A stretch of DNA of 64,000 bases from Trichoplax adhaerens (taxonomy: Eukaryota > Animalia > Placozoa). A program made the position numbers and the translations under genes. Of this stretch, positions 1 to 12,100 are shown one piece after another (the first letter of the stretch is position 1; each line of letters begins with the position of its first letter). Location of the stretch: NCBI RefSeq assembly GCF_000150275.1, contig NW_002060955.1, positions 1,470,287 through 1,534,286 of the forward strand. Direction: 5' to 3'. The notes beneath the pieces were generated by a model that was given only the letters and a program-made list of their open reading frames with translations, did no database searches and was not told where the DNA came from.

Positions 1-284
1 AAAGAAACAGTTTTAGCGGAATATGTTCAAAACGTTGTTTGCTAACTAGTTGCATGGAAAAATTTTGCTTATTGTTCGCTATAGAGAGTGAATTAAACGA
101 AGTTAAAAAATATTTTAGCTTCCTTATATGGATTAATTGAGAGAAACTTGATCGATGTTATTTTATTTCATTGTTGTTGTTTAGACCTTAATTGACCTAG
201 AGCGGTATGCATCAAGAGTTTTAAAAGTTTATCAGTTTTTGATCGATATTTTCGGCTTCAACACTACTGCCTATGTCTACTGGT

Positions 285-1842
285 ATGATAAATAGTACCG
301 GTAATCGATCAGAAAGATAAAATGATGAGCTATTTATTATTATTGATAAAATTAAAACTATTCTAAGAGTAATTGGCTGTATTACCAATGGTCTCTTATC
401 GTATATTTTAATATCTGATAGATCTTTTCGAAAAGTGACATACAACCTTATACTCGTTTGCTCTTTCTCTAATGCTCTTTCAAATGCTTTAATTGCCATT
501 GGTTACATTGTATTGTTAACGAATTTTATAAATGCTGAACAGCATTCTTTTGCTTGTAAAGCTGTCATATCGGTCGTTTTCACTTCAAATGGAATCACTT
601 TCATGAACTTGGCTTTGATCGCGATCGATCGCTACTTTGCGATACTTAAACCACTGATGCAATTCTATCGCATTCATAAAAATGGTGTTATTCTCAGTAG
701 CGAGATGTTTATAACTGTAATATCATTTGGATTAGTTTTACCTTTGAGAGTAGAGATAGAAACCTCAAACATGGATCAACGAGTGTGTTTTGCCTAAAGT
801 TACACCATCTATTTCGGTTCGTATGATTATCTTATCAATGTTTGATGTTGTTCTTCCGTCTTTCTTAATGGAATATTTTTACTGGAGGATTTTATTCACC
901 TTCGTAATTATACACGACCTGGACAACTTACTGATAATCAGATAATTACGAAGAATAGCTGGCGAAAGTACATTACAACTTTAATTTGTGCGTCCGCTTT
1001 TAGCATTGCCAACATTCAGCCATATTGTGCTTATCATTGTCACAACCCTCACTTGTGGCAAAGGAAAGTAAAGAACTCTAGTGTAGTTACTTAAAACTTG
1101 GGCATTTCTCCCAGTACTTTCAGTTCCTATGAGAGAAGTATTTGAGAACTCGATTTCTCGGCTGATCTCCACAGACAACTGACTAATTATTACACTATTC
1201 TTCACGATATGAGTCTTGCCGTTTCTTGAGCAATTACTTACTTTATTCTACAAACACACGCGCTTAAATAGGTTTCTACAGTGAATTCCAATATTAACGA
1301 GTGAGAATTCATACTTTACAAGTTACATTAATTAGTATAATACCATTACTAAATATACATGTCGATATTCTCAGACTTAGATAGCTACAAGCTATCAGGT
1401 GTTAAGACGCTTAACCTTCGTCCATATACAGCTCAATTTTTAGAGATTAACACACCTTATAAACCTACAGTAAATTAACTGCTAACAACTTCTATTTTTA
1501 TCTCATTTCTACCATCCTATTATCAGCTACAAGCGCATTAAAACATAGCACATAACCTTATCTTATCTATTCATAAGCATTCATTAATTTACAGTTACTT
1601 AATTAGTAACGGCGTACCGTGACAATCATATAGGACAGGCTATATCAGGCAAATCGTAGCCGGATGTCAATAAGGAAAATCCGACCTTGTTTTTATAGGC
1701 ATGTTATCTTTATGCTTGATTTCAAATGTCGCTATTCTCAATTCCATTATTTATATGAAATTTAGTAAAAAGATAACTTTCAAGGTTAAACTAATGTTTA
1801 AACGAATTCCATTTTTATAGAACATTAAGTTATTTTGCATGA
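285..1842 (+). pseudogene. Class A GPCR pseudogene (cluster member 1), interrupted by a solo LTR
   Basis: ATG 285 (MINSTGNRS), in-frame TAA 318, TM1-TM3 with IDRYFAILKP, frameshift near 790, TM5 ...LPSF...YWRI, RNYTRPG as in paralogs. TM6 broken by the insertion at 1038-1624; resumes IGQAISGKS* and TM7 ILNSIIYMKF to TGA 1840-1842. Confidence 0.88.
1038..1624 (-). mobile_element. Solo LTR (587 bp) inserted in GPCR pseudogene
   Basis: Termini TGTCACA...CGTGACA; perfect 5-bp TSD ATCAT (1033-1037 / 1625-1629); GPCR homology resumes on both sides; reverse-strand AATAAA near 1242. Confidence 0.88.
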
Positions 1843-1959
1843 AAGTATCAATGTTAATTTTAATAAATCTTTCATATGGTTTTGTTAGCAATTTTTAAGA
1901 TCGTATATCATCATATCTTCCATGTACAGTATTACAATGAAAAAGATTGTATGTATCAT

Positions 1960-2592
1960 TGTCACAAAACAGCTTTGCAACAAGATAACGTAATCTACGA
2001 TCAATAAGTCAATTCCTTGAACTACGTATCAAGGAACGATATCTGCACTATCACGAGCACTTTTGCTCTACTAGCAGACTACACAAAGACTTAAACGCCT
2101 CGTATTTTACGTTAAACACTAAGTTGGACAATTCTTCTTTATTTCACGATATACTGCATTTATATACTATTCCTCAATAGTCCATGAGTCATAGTTAATA
2201 CAATTAACATTAGAATCATTTACTGAATTAGATATTAATTTTAGCTACTGCTCTCTTAATGCAGACAACAGTATTTACGAACATAGACATGTAATAACTA
2301 ATACAGAATAGTCAGATTACGATATGTCCTATCACGGAACATTTCCATGATAATTTACAGTCTATCATAAGTAAATTACAATCACAATGATTCGAACTGT
2401 AAGCAGATGATTTGCATTCCCTATTATAACTATTATAATTTCAGTATGTGTATAAGTGTCACTGTCATAAAAAGTCAGTGCTATATTAAAATACAGTATA
2501 TCCAAATTAGAAGTTAACTAAATAAGGATAGTCTAACAGAATTATCCTAACATAGTTATTTCTACTGTAATACAGTATTTAACACTGTAACA
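1960..2592 (-). mobile_element. Solo LTR family A, copy 1 (633 bp)
   Basis: TGTCACA...TGTAACA termini; TSD ATCAT (1955-1959 / 2593-2597); homologous copies at 32857, 54353 and 61493. Confidence 0.93.
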
Positions 2593-3016
2593 ATCATATT
2601 TATCAATGGAACGTAGAATAAATTAAAGTATTGATGGCATTGCTACTATTTGTAAGCGATGTTTTAGTTTTTAGAAAAATGTACTGTATGGAGATTTATT
2701 TTAGTGTTTCATGCTTTTCTCTTGGTAAATATATTCGTGGCTACTTTCAATTATTTTAGTACTATTTTAAGCAATTTATGTGAGAATCTATTTTTAGCTA
2801 TTTAATAATCAGCTAGAACATGTCTCGTTTGTTGCAGTATCATACAGAACTTGGAATTAAAACGCTATCTTAATATTGCATCTGCAATCCTTTTTAATTC
2901 ATAATTGGATTATTTCATTATAAACTACTTTGATAATGTCAAGTATATTTGAATAATTTTATTATACTAATTTTAATTACAGCATAATTACTGCTTGTAA
3001 AAGTGTATAGTAATGG

Positions 3017-3617
3017 TGTCACAACGTCGTTTGCAACAATCGGATTCCCGTTCCACACTTATCCTACTCTCCTCTGTCCTACAGTAAAACTGCCACCAGG
3101 CGTCACTACTCGCTCCACTTCAGCGAAGGACCTCAGTCAACAGTAAAGGCGGACTAGAAGCGTCTGGATAAATTTACTAAACTAACTTTATTAGGTTTCC
3201 GTATTTTCCTCCTCTCTAACGAGGTAAATTACAACCTCTTATATACTTGTATCAAATCTACACCTTTTCCACCTGTTAAATATTCTTATACATAACTTAG
3301 TCTTTTCTATAACTTTGTAATCCTATTAATTACTATCGAACAAATATGTGATAATTGATATTATTATGCGCTAATAATATTATAGCGCCAATTAACAATT
3401 TAAGATCTAACAGATTCCCTACAAGTGTGACAACCGCCATTTTGGTTATTACACGTCATTGGCATATTAAGTACCTTACTTCTACACATTCGTTAATGGA
3501 AGTCCATTAACGATTGAACCTCACAATATTAACAGATCATAATATTTATGATTATCTAATCGTAACCGTCTACTTCTACTTCAATAACATTATCACATAA
3601 TATCTTAAACCGTAACA
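3017..3617 (-). mobile_element. Solo LTR family C, copy 1 (601 bp)
   Basis: TGTCACAACGTCGTTTG...AACCGTAACA termini shared with 39490-40024; TSD AATGG (3012-3016 / 3618-3622); reverse-strand TATA (~3240) and AATAAA (~3188). Confidence 0.9.
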
Positions 3618-5939
3618 AATGGTAATAGAGCAGGAGATACCTTTAATTAAGTGCATAATAATTCAATTATATTAATATTAGATGTTTTTAAAAATGTTAT
3701 TTTTTATTAATTGGATTAAGGATGATGGCTCTAAACTTTTTAGTATTTTTGCCTTGAAATCTTTTGACTTTAAAGATTTACTAGTTTGGTTGAGACAATC
3801 TGTAAATTAAACATTAAAATTTTCATTTCATATACCATTAGAACAATATTAACGATAAATTATGCATCGGATCTACATTCCGCCGCTTATTAGGCACTAA
3901 TTTAGAATCAAAATATTTTTTTGGCTTTTTTTTATATTCTATCATTTCTCGTAAATATTTATTGGCTAGTGGCTACAATAGTCTCGCAGTCGCGACATTT
4001 CGAATGGAGGCCGGCAATACCTTGATGTTTCAATACAAGACCATTTCATTTTGCCGATAATTAATAGCAGGATTATATGACAGATTATTTATCTTTTGCA
4101 CTTTTAATACCTATCCATGGGCACTATTTTCAGCTGCCTAGGCTTTTTACCAATAATTCGGTGCCTTGGATACATGTTATGCAAAGTGACAGTAACTTTC
4201 GATGTGCAAAACAGATACCATTGTGGGATTTATCCTTTGTAGGTTTGTTGTTGTAAGATATCAGTATTTTATATTCTGTATAAAGCCGTCCAAAAATAGA
4301 TTATAACTTTAGAGTAGCCTAACTGCCATTGAATAAATTAGTTTACATTCTATATAAATTAAATTTCTTTACCAAGTCAGATAATTACAAGTGTCGTAGC
4401 GGAACGGATAGCAGAGTCTAAGAGTACATAAGTGAAAACTTGCTATTTTATTCGATCCAAATCACTTACGGTCCAACACTCTGCCAGCATGACCGGTTCG
4501 AAAGGGATGGATAGTTTCGAATTGGCTTATTCTTTTCTTGTACGCTTTAATTGAAAATGATTATCTGATCATTAATGCTTTTTATTTACGGACTTCAGGT
4601 ATTTTCGATTTTATTTTCTTCTCTAAATTTCAGTGTTAAAAAAAAATTACTTATTTCCCGATCGCTTACTTAATGGCTGATTTCATATTTATGCTTTCTT
4701 TACTTTTCAGTATAGTTTATTTTATCTTAATTTAGTGTTAAATTATGATAGCTTTTCAATTTTTAAAACGTTTATCATGATTGTTGCTACTGTCTATATC
4801 ATTTCTGTTATAAGATTTAGCGCAATAGATACTGAATATTCTTTTATAATCTCTAAAACCGTCACCGTTTATAGTTTACTCAGCAGGATAATCATAGGAA
4901 TATTTTAAGTTTTAATTTCTTTCATTCCATTTTTAATCATTATTATCGATATATTCATTTGAAAAAATGCTGAGAAGAGCTCTCTTCTATCTAGTAGACT
5001 TAATAACATGACTGTAGATTCAAATAATAAAAAGAATATCGTTCTTATTTCATTATTTTGTGCCATCTTTATTTTTAATAATACATAAGCTCGCCTTTGC
5101 AAGTATAAGAAAAACTTTGTTATATAGACGACTAAATGCAGACCATAAGGAAGAAAATAAGAGAAAAAATCGATATCATATTGCTTTTTTCTTCATTTGT
5201 ATGGTTAAAATTTCAAGCATCTAGCCACTTAAAGGATGCAATTATAATCTGAATCGTATGTTAAATTTATAATTATGTCCAAATTGGATGGCTTTCTTTT
5301 GATATTCTCATTCCTACAGCTACTGATCTTTTTCTTAAATCATGCGTTTTTTGAAATTCTTTCGAGTTGCTATAGTTTGTACTACCATTGCATTCAAAGA
5401 TTTTATAGATGAAGTAGCTGAATATCTTAAATATCCTTTAAGAGAAGTTATAGAAGATCAAACGTACCGGTATTAGACATCAAATTACGTTGGATTTACT
5501 TTTGTAGACTAGTTAAAGATACATATCTTGCTTAAATGAACTTCAGTAATTAAGAAAACACCTAGCAACAACATGCTTACTACTTTTATTTCTATACTAT
5601 AAAATTACTGGAAATAATTGCTTAAGAAATGGTAAATACTTTTCTAGGTAACAATTAGCAAATGAATTATTTATAGGCTACCAATATATGCAAGTCTCCC
5701 AAACGCAATTTACTCTAGCGTATAGCACCTGCTGTTTAAGTGATAAATTTCATTATCTGCTGAAACCGTTCAGAAATTTTTAAAATAATAGAATAACTTT
5801 TATTATGATATTCATCAGAGAAGATCTTGAGTTAGAGATTTTGTAACTTAATAAAAATCTTTAAACTTTTGTTTATAGCTCAATTATAATGAATTAAAGT
5901 AATTTGATAATAGTTTTGAGGAGCGCATCAATTCGCGAA

Positions 5940-6507
5940 GCAATCAATCACTTTCCATTGACTCTATAAATAAGTCATTAGATTAGAGCAGCAGCAGAAT
6001 CTCGTCTTATTCATCCTTTAGCTAAGTTACTGAATGAATTTAATCTAACATCAATTTCGTAACTCTCAACTTTGTTACTCTTAATCTTCTATCCTTGCAA
6101 GATACCTTATTGCGATATTCTTAATATTTATTTGCTGTAGTGCAGCCCCAAATATAGCTTAGATTACTATTATAAGACTGTATGAGAATAACTTAACTTG
6201 TAAGCTAGAGTGTAAGATTGTCAGATAGTCAGATAGTCCTTGGTTCTGATGGCCTAGCAATTCGGCCTAATGCTTGGGTTAGTATTTCTACAGCCTGAGA
6301 AAAGGATGATTCTCTGGACTATTCTTGCGGTTTCTCTTGAAGGATTCTTTCCATTAGCTTCAAGCTAATTTCCTCTTTCTTCTTTAAATTCGAGATGTCA
6401 ACGTTTAGTCTTCTAGCTTCTTCTTTAAATTCTTCCAGCTTCATCTGGGAGATCTTCAAGCATTGCTCGCTAATACTTGTCATTGCGGTTGCCATCTTCT
6501 TAGTCAT
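5940..6507 (-). pseudogene. Degenerate gag N-terminus of an LTR retrotransposon
   Basis: ORF 6319-6507 starts at the end of a PBS next to an LTR. It encodes a SAP/HeH-like helical segment (LKISQMKLEEFKEEARRLNVDISNLKKKEEISLKLME); sequence beyond the TAG is stop-ridden. Left boundary approximate. Confidence 0.55.
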
Positions 6508-6523
6508 CCTACTCGCAGCGCCA
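6506..6523 (-). promoter_or_regulatory. Primer binding site, tRNA-Ser-like
   Basis: Minus strand TGGCGCTGCGAGTAGGAT, 2 nt from the LTR end ...TTACA; resembles the complement of a eukaryotic tRNA-Ser 3' end including CCA (TGGCGCTGTGAGCAGGAT type). Confidence 0.75.
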
Positions 6524-6525
6524 AA

Positions 6526-7248
6526 TGTAATAAAGTGAAATTTGTAAGAAACTGTAGTTCTTGATTTATTGTTTTGAAGATCACTTTATCACAATTGCAT
6601 AATAAGTTATGATATTCATTTGCTATCAAAAGAAAAGTAAAGATTTTTCTTGATATTTTAAGTCTCGCTTTGAATATGTAATAAATGACTCCCTAATTTA
6701 TTATCAGCAAGAATAAAGATACTGTGCAATAATAAAATACCGTTGTATATATGTGTAATGTAACTTAGTATTGTGATTGTAGACTGTTAGCCATGTTTAG
6801 TATAATGTACGGTAGATATTTATCCTAAGAGATATTTGGTAGCCATAACTATAGTCTATAGTGGTATAGACTCTATGCTAGAGTACAGATGACTATATGA
6901 ACGTGACCGTATGCAAAATGACAATACAAGTAGAATTGTGTTACTAAGAATAATTTACTATGTCTAAAATAATGTAAAAGGTTGCCATGCGGATTGTAGC
7001 TGCGAATGCTACTAAAAGTATAAAAGCCTGCAACTTTAGATTATTCTGTTAGTTCGTTGTAGAAGTCTTTAGAAGTAGTATTCGGCTAGAGTAGAGCTGT
7101 GAGTAGTTAATCTTTGTATAAGATTCAATAAAGCCCTTATTTTTCTAAAATTTGGAATCTCGTGATTGGTATATATCACAATTATGTACAGAACTACTTT
7201 GCTCCTACCAAATGCGATTACATATTAAATATAAAAAATTTTATTACA
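6526..7248 (-). mobile_element. 5' LTR of a truncated retrotransposon, with nested family B LTR
   Basis: 9-bp terminal inverted repeat TGTAATAAA (6526-6534) / TTTATTACA (7240-7248); adjacent PBS and gag remnant on the minus strand. Confidence 0.65.
6754..7180 (+). mobile_element. Solo LTR family B copy with internal deletion
   Basis: Reverse complement of 31399-31949 except ~155 bp replaced by ~35 bp at ~6898-6930; termini TGTAATG...TATCACA; flanks ATATG / ATTATG (imperfect TSD). Confidence 0.85.
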
Positions 7249-7396
7249 TTATGTTGATTATCACGCTTTAAATTCTTTATCTTACATGCATTACCTCTTG
7301 AAAGCTAGTAAATTATTTTTGGAGAAACTATTGCCAGATAGAAAATCGCAAGACTGACTTGGGGGTAGCTTATTCCTTACAAGTTTCATGAACAGT

Positions 7397-7959
7397 GTTA
7401 TGTCTGCAGGTAATCTTCAATAACATTGAATAAATACTTGATCATCGAGAAGCTACGCGAAATTTTACTTACTTAAAAGCTGTATGTGACAATTAACTAA
7501 TTATTGCATCATCAATGATATAATTTTGTTGAGTAATGAATCATATGTTAACACCTAGCCATTAATTAACTACTATGAAATGCCATAGAAAGTGTGTTGT
7601 GATTCTTGCTATATTCAGCATGTAGACTTGGCTATAAATTTATTATTGTTTTACACCAACGAAGTTTGTGAGTCTATATAAAAGCCTCAAAGTTCTTAAT
7701 TAAGGGAGTTGATAAGTTAGTCGATAACAGACGGTTATCAGTGGTTAGTAGTAGATTGTAAGTTGTGAGTTCAATCGTTCATTTTAATAAATAGCTTTTA
7801 GAGTAAAGTTTTGATTTTTAGCGTGAGTATTTTATCGTCTAAGACTCGAACCTAAGTTTGGTAAATTAAAGAGTGCTTAGAGTTAGTTGCTTAGATAGTT
7901 AAGACTACTTTAGAGGATAGAATCCCGTTAATTTTTGTGTTGCAATCTCAGTTGTGACA
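7397..7959 (+). mobile_element. 5' LTR followed by tRNA-Leu PBS (left boundary uncertain)
   Basis: Ends TGTGACA at 7953-7959; TATATAAAA ~7675; AATAAA ~7786; PBS 4 nt downstream. Confidence 0.7.
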
Positions 7960-7963
7960 TAAT

Positions 7964-7983
7964 TGGTGGCAGCGGTGGGATTC
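7964..7983 (+). promoter_or_regulatory. Primer binding site, tRNA-Leu
   Basis: TGGTGGCAGCGGTGGGATTC is the complement of the conserved eukaryotic tRNA-Leu(AAG/TAG) 3' end with CCA, directly after an LTR terminus. Confidence 0.85.
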
Positions 7984-9139
7984 ACCCAACACTATTAGCT
8001 AGTGCCGTAGTGAACGAAGACAACTTTTTGTATTGAGTATGCTTCATATGAAATGCAAGGCAATCTTATCAAAGTAATCAATTAGATAGAAAGATTTTAA
8101 TGAGTTATGATTATAAATTATTCTCTTAAATAGGGATATTACAAAGATTTATTGATGATATAAATCAATATAAAGAATAATGATGGGAAACGACAGAATT
8201 CATCATACTGACTTCATTTTTATCCTTATGTCAATATTGATATTAATAATCGATGTCATAATTTTTTCCCTGCAGTGACCAATCGCAAGAATTGCATTTA
8301 TAAATTAACATAGTTATGATAATTCCAATGCAATCGGAAATCAGCATCAAGGTGAAGTTGGCATTCGCCGAAAATGATTGAAATCTATATCTACTCGCAC
8401 AATTGTTTACCCTTTCTTGCATGATCGGCTATCACGAGTTCCAGCAAATTTGATTTTGTGATGTAAAATTTTAAAGCACGGCTTAATAAGCAAAATCTGA
8501 ATTCAAATGCAATGCAAGCCTATCCTATCCAGTAAGTAATGACTTTTCTACGAGTTAATAACTTCAGCTTCGATATAATTGATGAGCTTTTCCAACTACT
8601 GTAGCTCTTATAAAATGACGAATAAAAACATTTTATATTATTTTACTGAATAACTTGGTTGCATCTATTTGGATAAAATATTCATATGGCATGAATTAAA
8701 GAATAGATTACTATGGAGACCAAAGTTAACCAACTTGTCTTGAATCTATATCCAAAACTTTACCCTCGTCTGATTTAGTTGAATTTTATACCGCACATAA
8801 AAATGCTTCAACTTTGGCGAGATTTAGCTTATCCCCGAATGTGACACTAGTAGCCTAAATTAGTTGACGACGTGATGAAAACTTCTTCTTTATAAAAAGA
8901 ATAGATGCTATATAACTTTTAAATAAGCTTCAGTGCAGCAGTTATTAAATCAGTCGCTGATAGTAATAATAGGTTAAATCATTTTAAAATTTCGCTTCTA
9001 TAGATTTCGATTTATTTTTAACTTACGATTATTACAACTGTTCGTTTTTACCGCCAATCTTGCTAGCGTTGCAGTTGATGTACGATAAGTTTACGTCAAA
9101 TTTACACCTGTATATCAAAGTATATAACCTTAAAGAAAG

Positions 9140-12100
9140 ATGAGAAATAGGTAAGTCTAAAGCAGAAATATTGATACTAACCATTCCTATTAGCCTTGCT
9201 GTCTTAATAAATAGCGGACGATGGGATTTGCAGAGTGAAAAAATCGAACTTTTTTTTGAATTTTAGCCGATATAAAGTCGTTATATGTGAATACTTTGGA
9301 GTGATGAGTACTCCTGTGCTTTATAAGCTAGCTAAAACGGAATGGGACTATGGCGTACCAAGGTAAAAATCATCACGCATACAAGTGTACGCTTTGCCCA
9401 TTCCCAGTACGTCAAAGTAAATAGACAACAAAATAGGATTTAAATCTACCAAATTTGTCCTTGTAAGCATAGAGAGTATAGGATTTATAACAACAGTTGA
9501 TCTAGTACTGTTAAAATAAAAGATTAAGTCAGATATAATAATATAATATAATAGAAAATTGTATTGCGAAAGTCTAAACTACTTTGTAGATACTATCCAA
9601 GAGCAAATACAGAAACCTTAGTAACGACATAAACGATACTGGCATGAGATATAGCAGAGATCTATTAAAAAGTCTTTGAGGTCTTTAAGAAACGAGTAGT
9701 TAATACTATTAAAGCATATTTGATTTAGCTACAGAATAACTATTTAGGATAGATCTCTATACTTTGGTCCTCAATGGCAAAATTGTCAGTTTAGGCTGCA
9801 AAGACACGATACACGCCTAAAGATTTTAAAATATCGTTTAATTATTTATAACAATATAAATTTAAAATAGAACTTCTAGCTTTGAAATACATATAGTAGG
9901 AGAATTATTAAGGTTGGTTCTCGTTATGAGTTAAAAGTCCAAGCCGCACAATTTTAAAAATTAACACTAGTGTATATTTGAGCTATAACAACGATCGTCA
10001 TGTCTATGTAAAGCAATGATCTTTGGCCAATTTCTGTTAAAACGAAAACCAAAAGTCTATTTAGAATATTGTCGATGATTTGTAAATTAGATTAGAATAA
10101 TGCCACACTAGTATAATCTATCACACAGCTGCTAAGGGTTAACATTAACGAAATTAAAATTGTTATACTCGTATTATATCAACTGTTGTTGACATTTACT
10201 AGACTAAATCGGTTGAGATGTATTAATGTTCTAATCTTTTTTGATTTATGTAAACAGAGGTTTTTTAATTAACCTTCTTAAACGAGATGATCCAGATAAA
10301 CCTTCATCCAAAATGCTATTAGGAAAAGTAACATTATCTGAGGTAAATTAATTACCAGGGATGAAATAATCATCCTAAATGATGCTAAAGACCCATGAAT
10401 TTATTAAGGATTTCATTTGGCTAACGATAGGCTTCTTCATTGCTAGATGATACCGTTACTTAAAGAGCAAGTTTTTCAAGCTGCTAAAGCTAATAAAATG
10501 CCTGCAATTGTTCTTAGCAATGTCATTGATGAGTTTCTGTCATCAATAAACGATTTAAAAGTCAACATTTTTCTGCTTCGAAGTTTGCAACGACTAAGAA
10601 ATTTAGGTCGATTTATCTATAACTGCTTATTATGCTAACTTAGCACGAATAAATATATTAGGCGATAATTTCTTGATTACGTTCACGATCTACTTTAATT
10701 TATTCAATAGGATATAAGACATGCCTGCTAGCCAACACTTGGATTAATGATTATCATTCTACTGAATATTCTGCAAGGATGAAGTTATTTATTAAATCAA
10801 ATTTCGATTACTGTTACGAATCAAATCAAATTCAATTAGTCAGACCAGATACACAAATCTACCACTATGCACTCGACCAGATGGGATTTAAGCCAGAAGA
10901 GGTGCGTATATGTGTGCAATGCTTATTCCTCTTCTAATAATTAATATAATAAGAGATCAAATATCCCCTGATATCTACCTTTGTTCATAGATTTAGCAGT
11001 ACCAATCTAAACAACATTAGTATCTCACTTCACGTGTAAAAATTTTTCATCTACAGGCAATCTCAATTGAAGCGGTTGAGGCCTACGCAGCAGCAGCCCA
11101 AAGTATAGGAATAACAGCAATATTGGCAGTTGATCAGCCAACAATCATACAAAAATTAGAGAATATCTTTCAAGTCAATGTAAAATACTTGATTTTATTA
11201 AGTCGATGTAGCTCATAACGAAAATTAAGCTATCCTACAAGATTAATTGCTGGTTGTAATATGCGTATCAAAATATTACAGCTCAAAACGATACCTAGAC
11301 CTCCTGCAGCTACTGAAAATAATGTTATCCATGGCCAAGTTGTCACCAAGGTTTTGCTTAACTTACTTAAATAGCATGATTAATAAATATTTATGCCATG
11401 CGTAATCGCTTTAGATCCAACTGCTAACAACAAGCTAAATATTTGTTAATGTCTTGTTACTCTACTGAAATGAACCTTCTCCCTTATGGACGATTGTCAG
11501 AGCGGAATAAAAATTAAATTTGTAGAAAAAGGGAATGGTCTTCCGATTATTTTATGCCATGGCTTTCCGCATTATTGGTATAGCTGGAGATATCAGGCAA
11601 GATAGAATTCATCATATGGCTGTTAATTTGCTATTATAACGGTGTAGTAATTTAGAATTCATACTGTTTTAAGTTAATATTGCTATTTAATATCAAGAAA
11701 TTTAAGCAGCATCAAACTGATATTGCTAAGTATAAATATGGCTTAGCTTAAAAGTAACTCGCTATCACTATTTTGGTATATTTATTTACTTATTTAATAG
11801 AGAGTTTTAAAAGACATTCTTTTTAATGGTGTTGTTTAAATAATATTAAATTATATAATCAGCCGCCATCATTAACTGTTATGAGTTATTTTACTGTAGA
11901 TTCCCTATCTTGCCAAGCTAGGCTATCGAGCTATTGCCCTTGATTTACGAGGATTTGGTCAATCTAGTTGTCCACCAGGTAGTGACCCACAAATGCTAGT
12001 GAATAGAACTCATTGATTGCTTTTAAAATACTTTCTAATGCAAGAAAGAAAATACCAAGCCTGAATAAATATTTCAGATTATTCAAAACTGACATCATAC

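Noticed and set aside
7964-7983. tRNA-like sequence as a tRNA gene
   Set aside because: Only the 3' 20 nt including CCA are present, next to an LTR end; it is a PBS.
10447-10638. Standalone 63-aa ORF
   Set aside because: It is EPHX2 exon 4 read through into the intron.
11486-11500. In-frame ATG that could start a hydrolase-only EPHX2
   Set aside because: It lies in the intron acceptor region and seven upstream exons splice in frame; a short isoform cannot be excluded but is unsupported.
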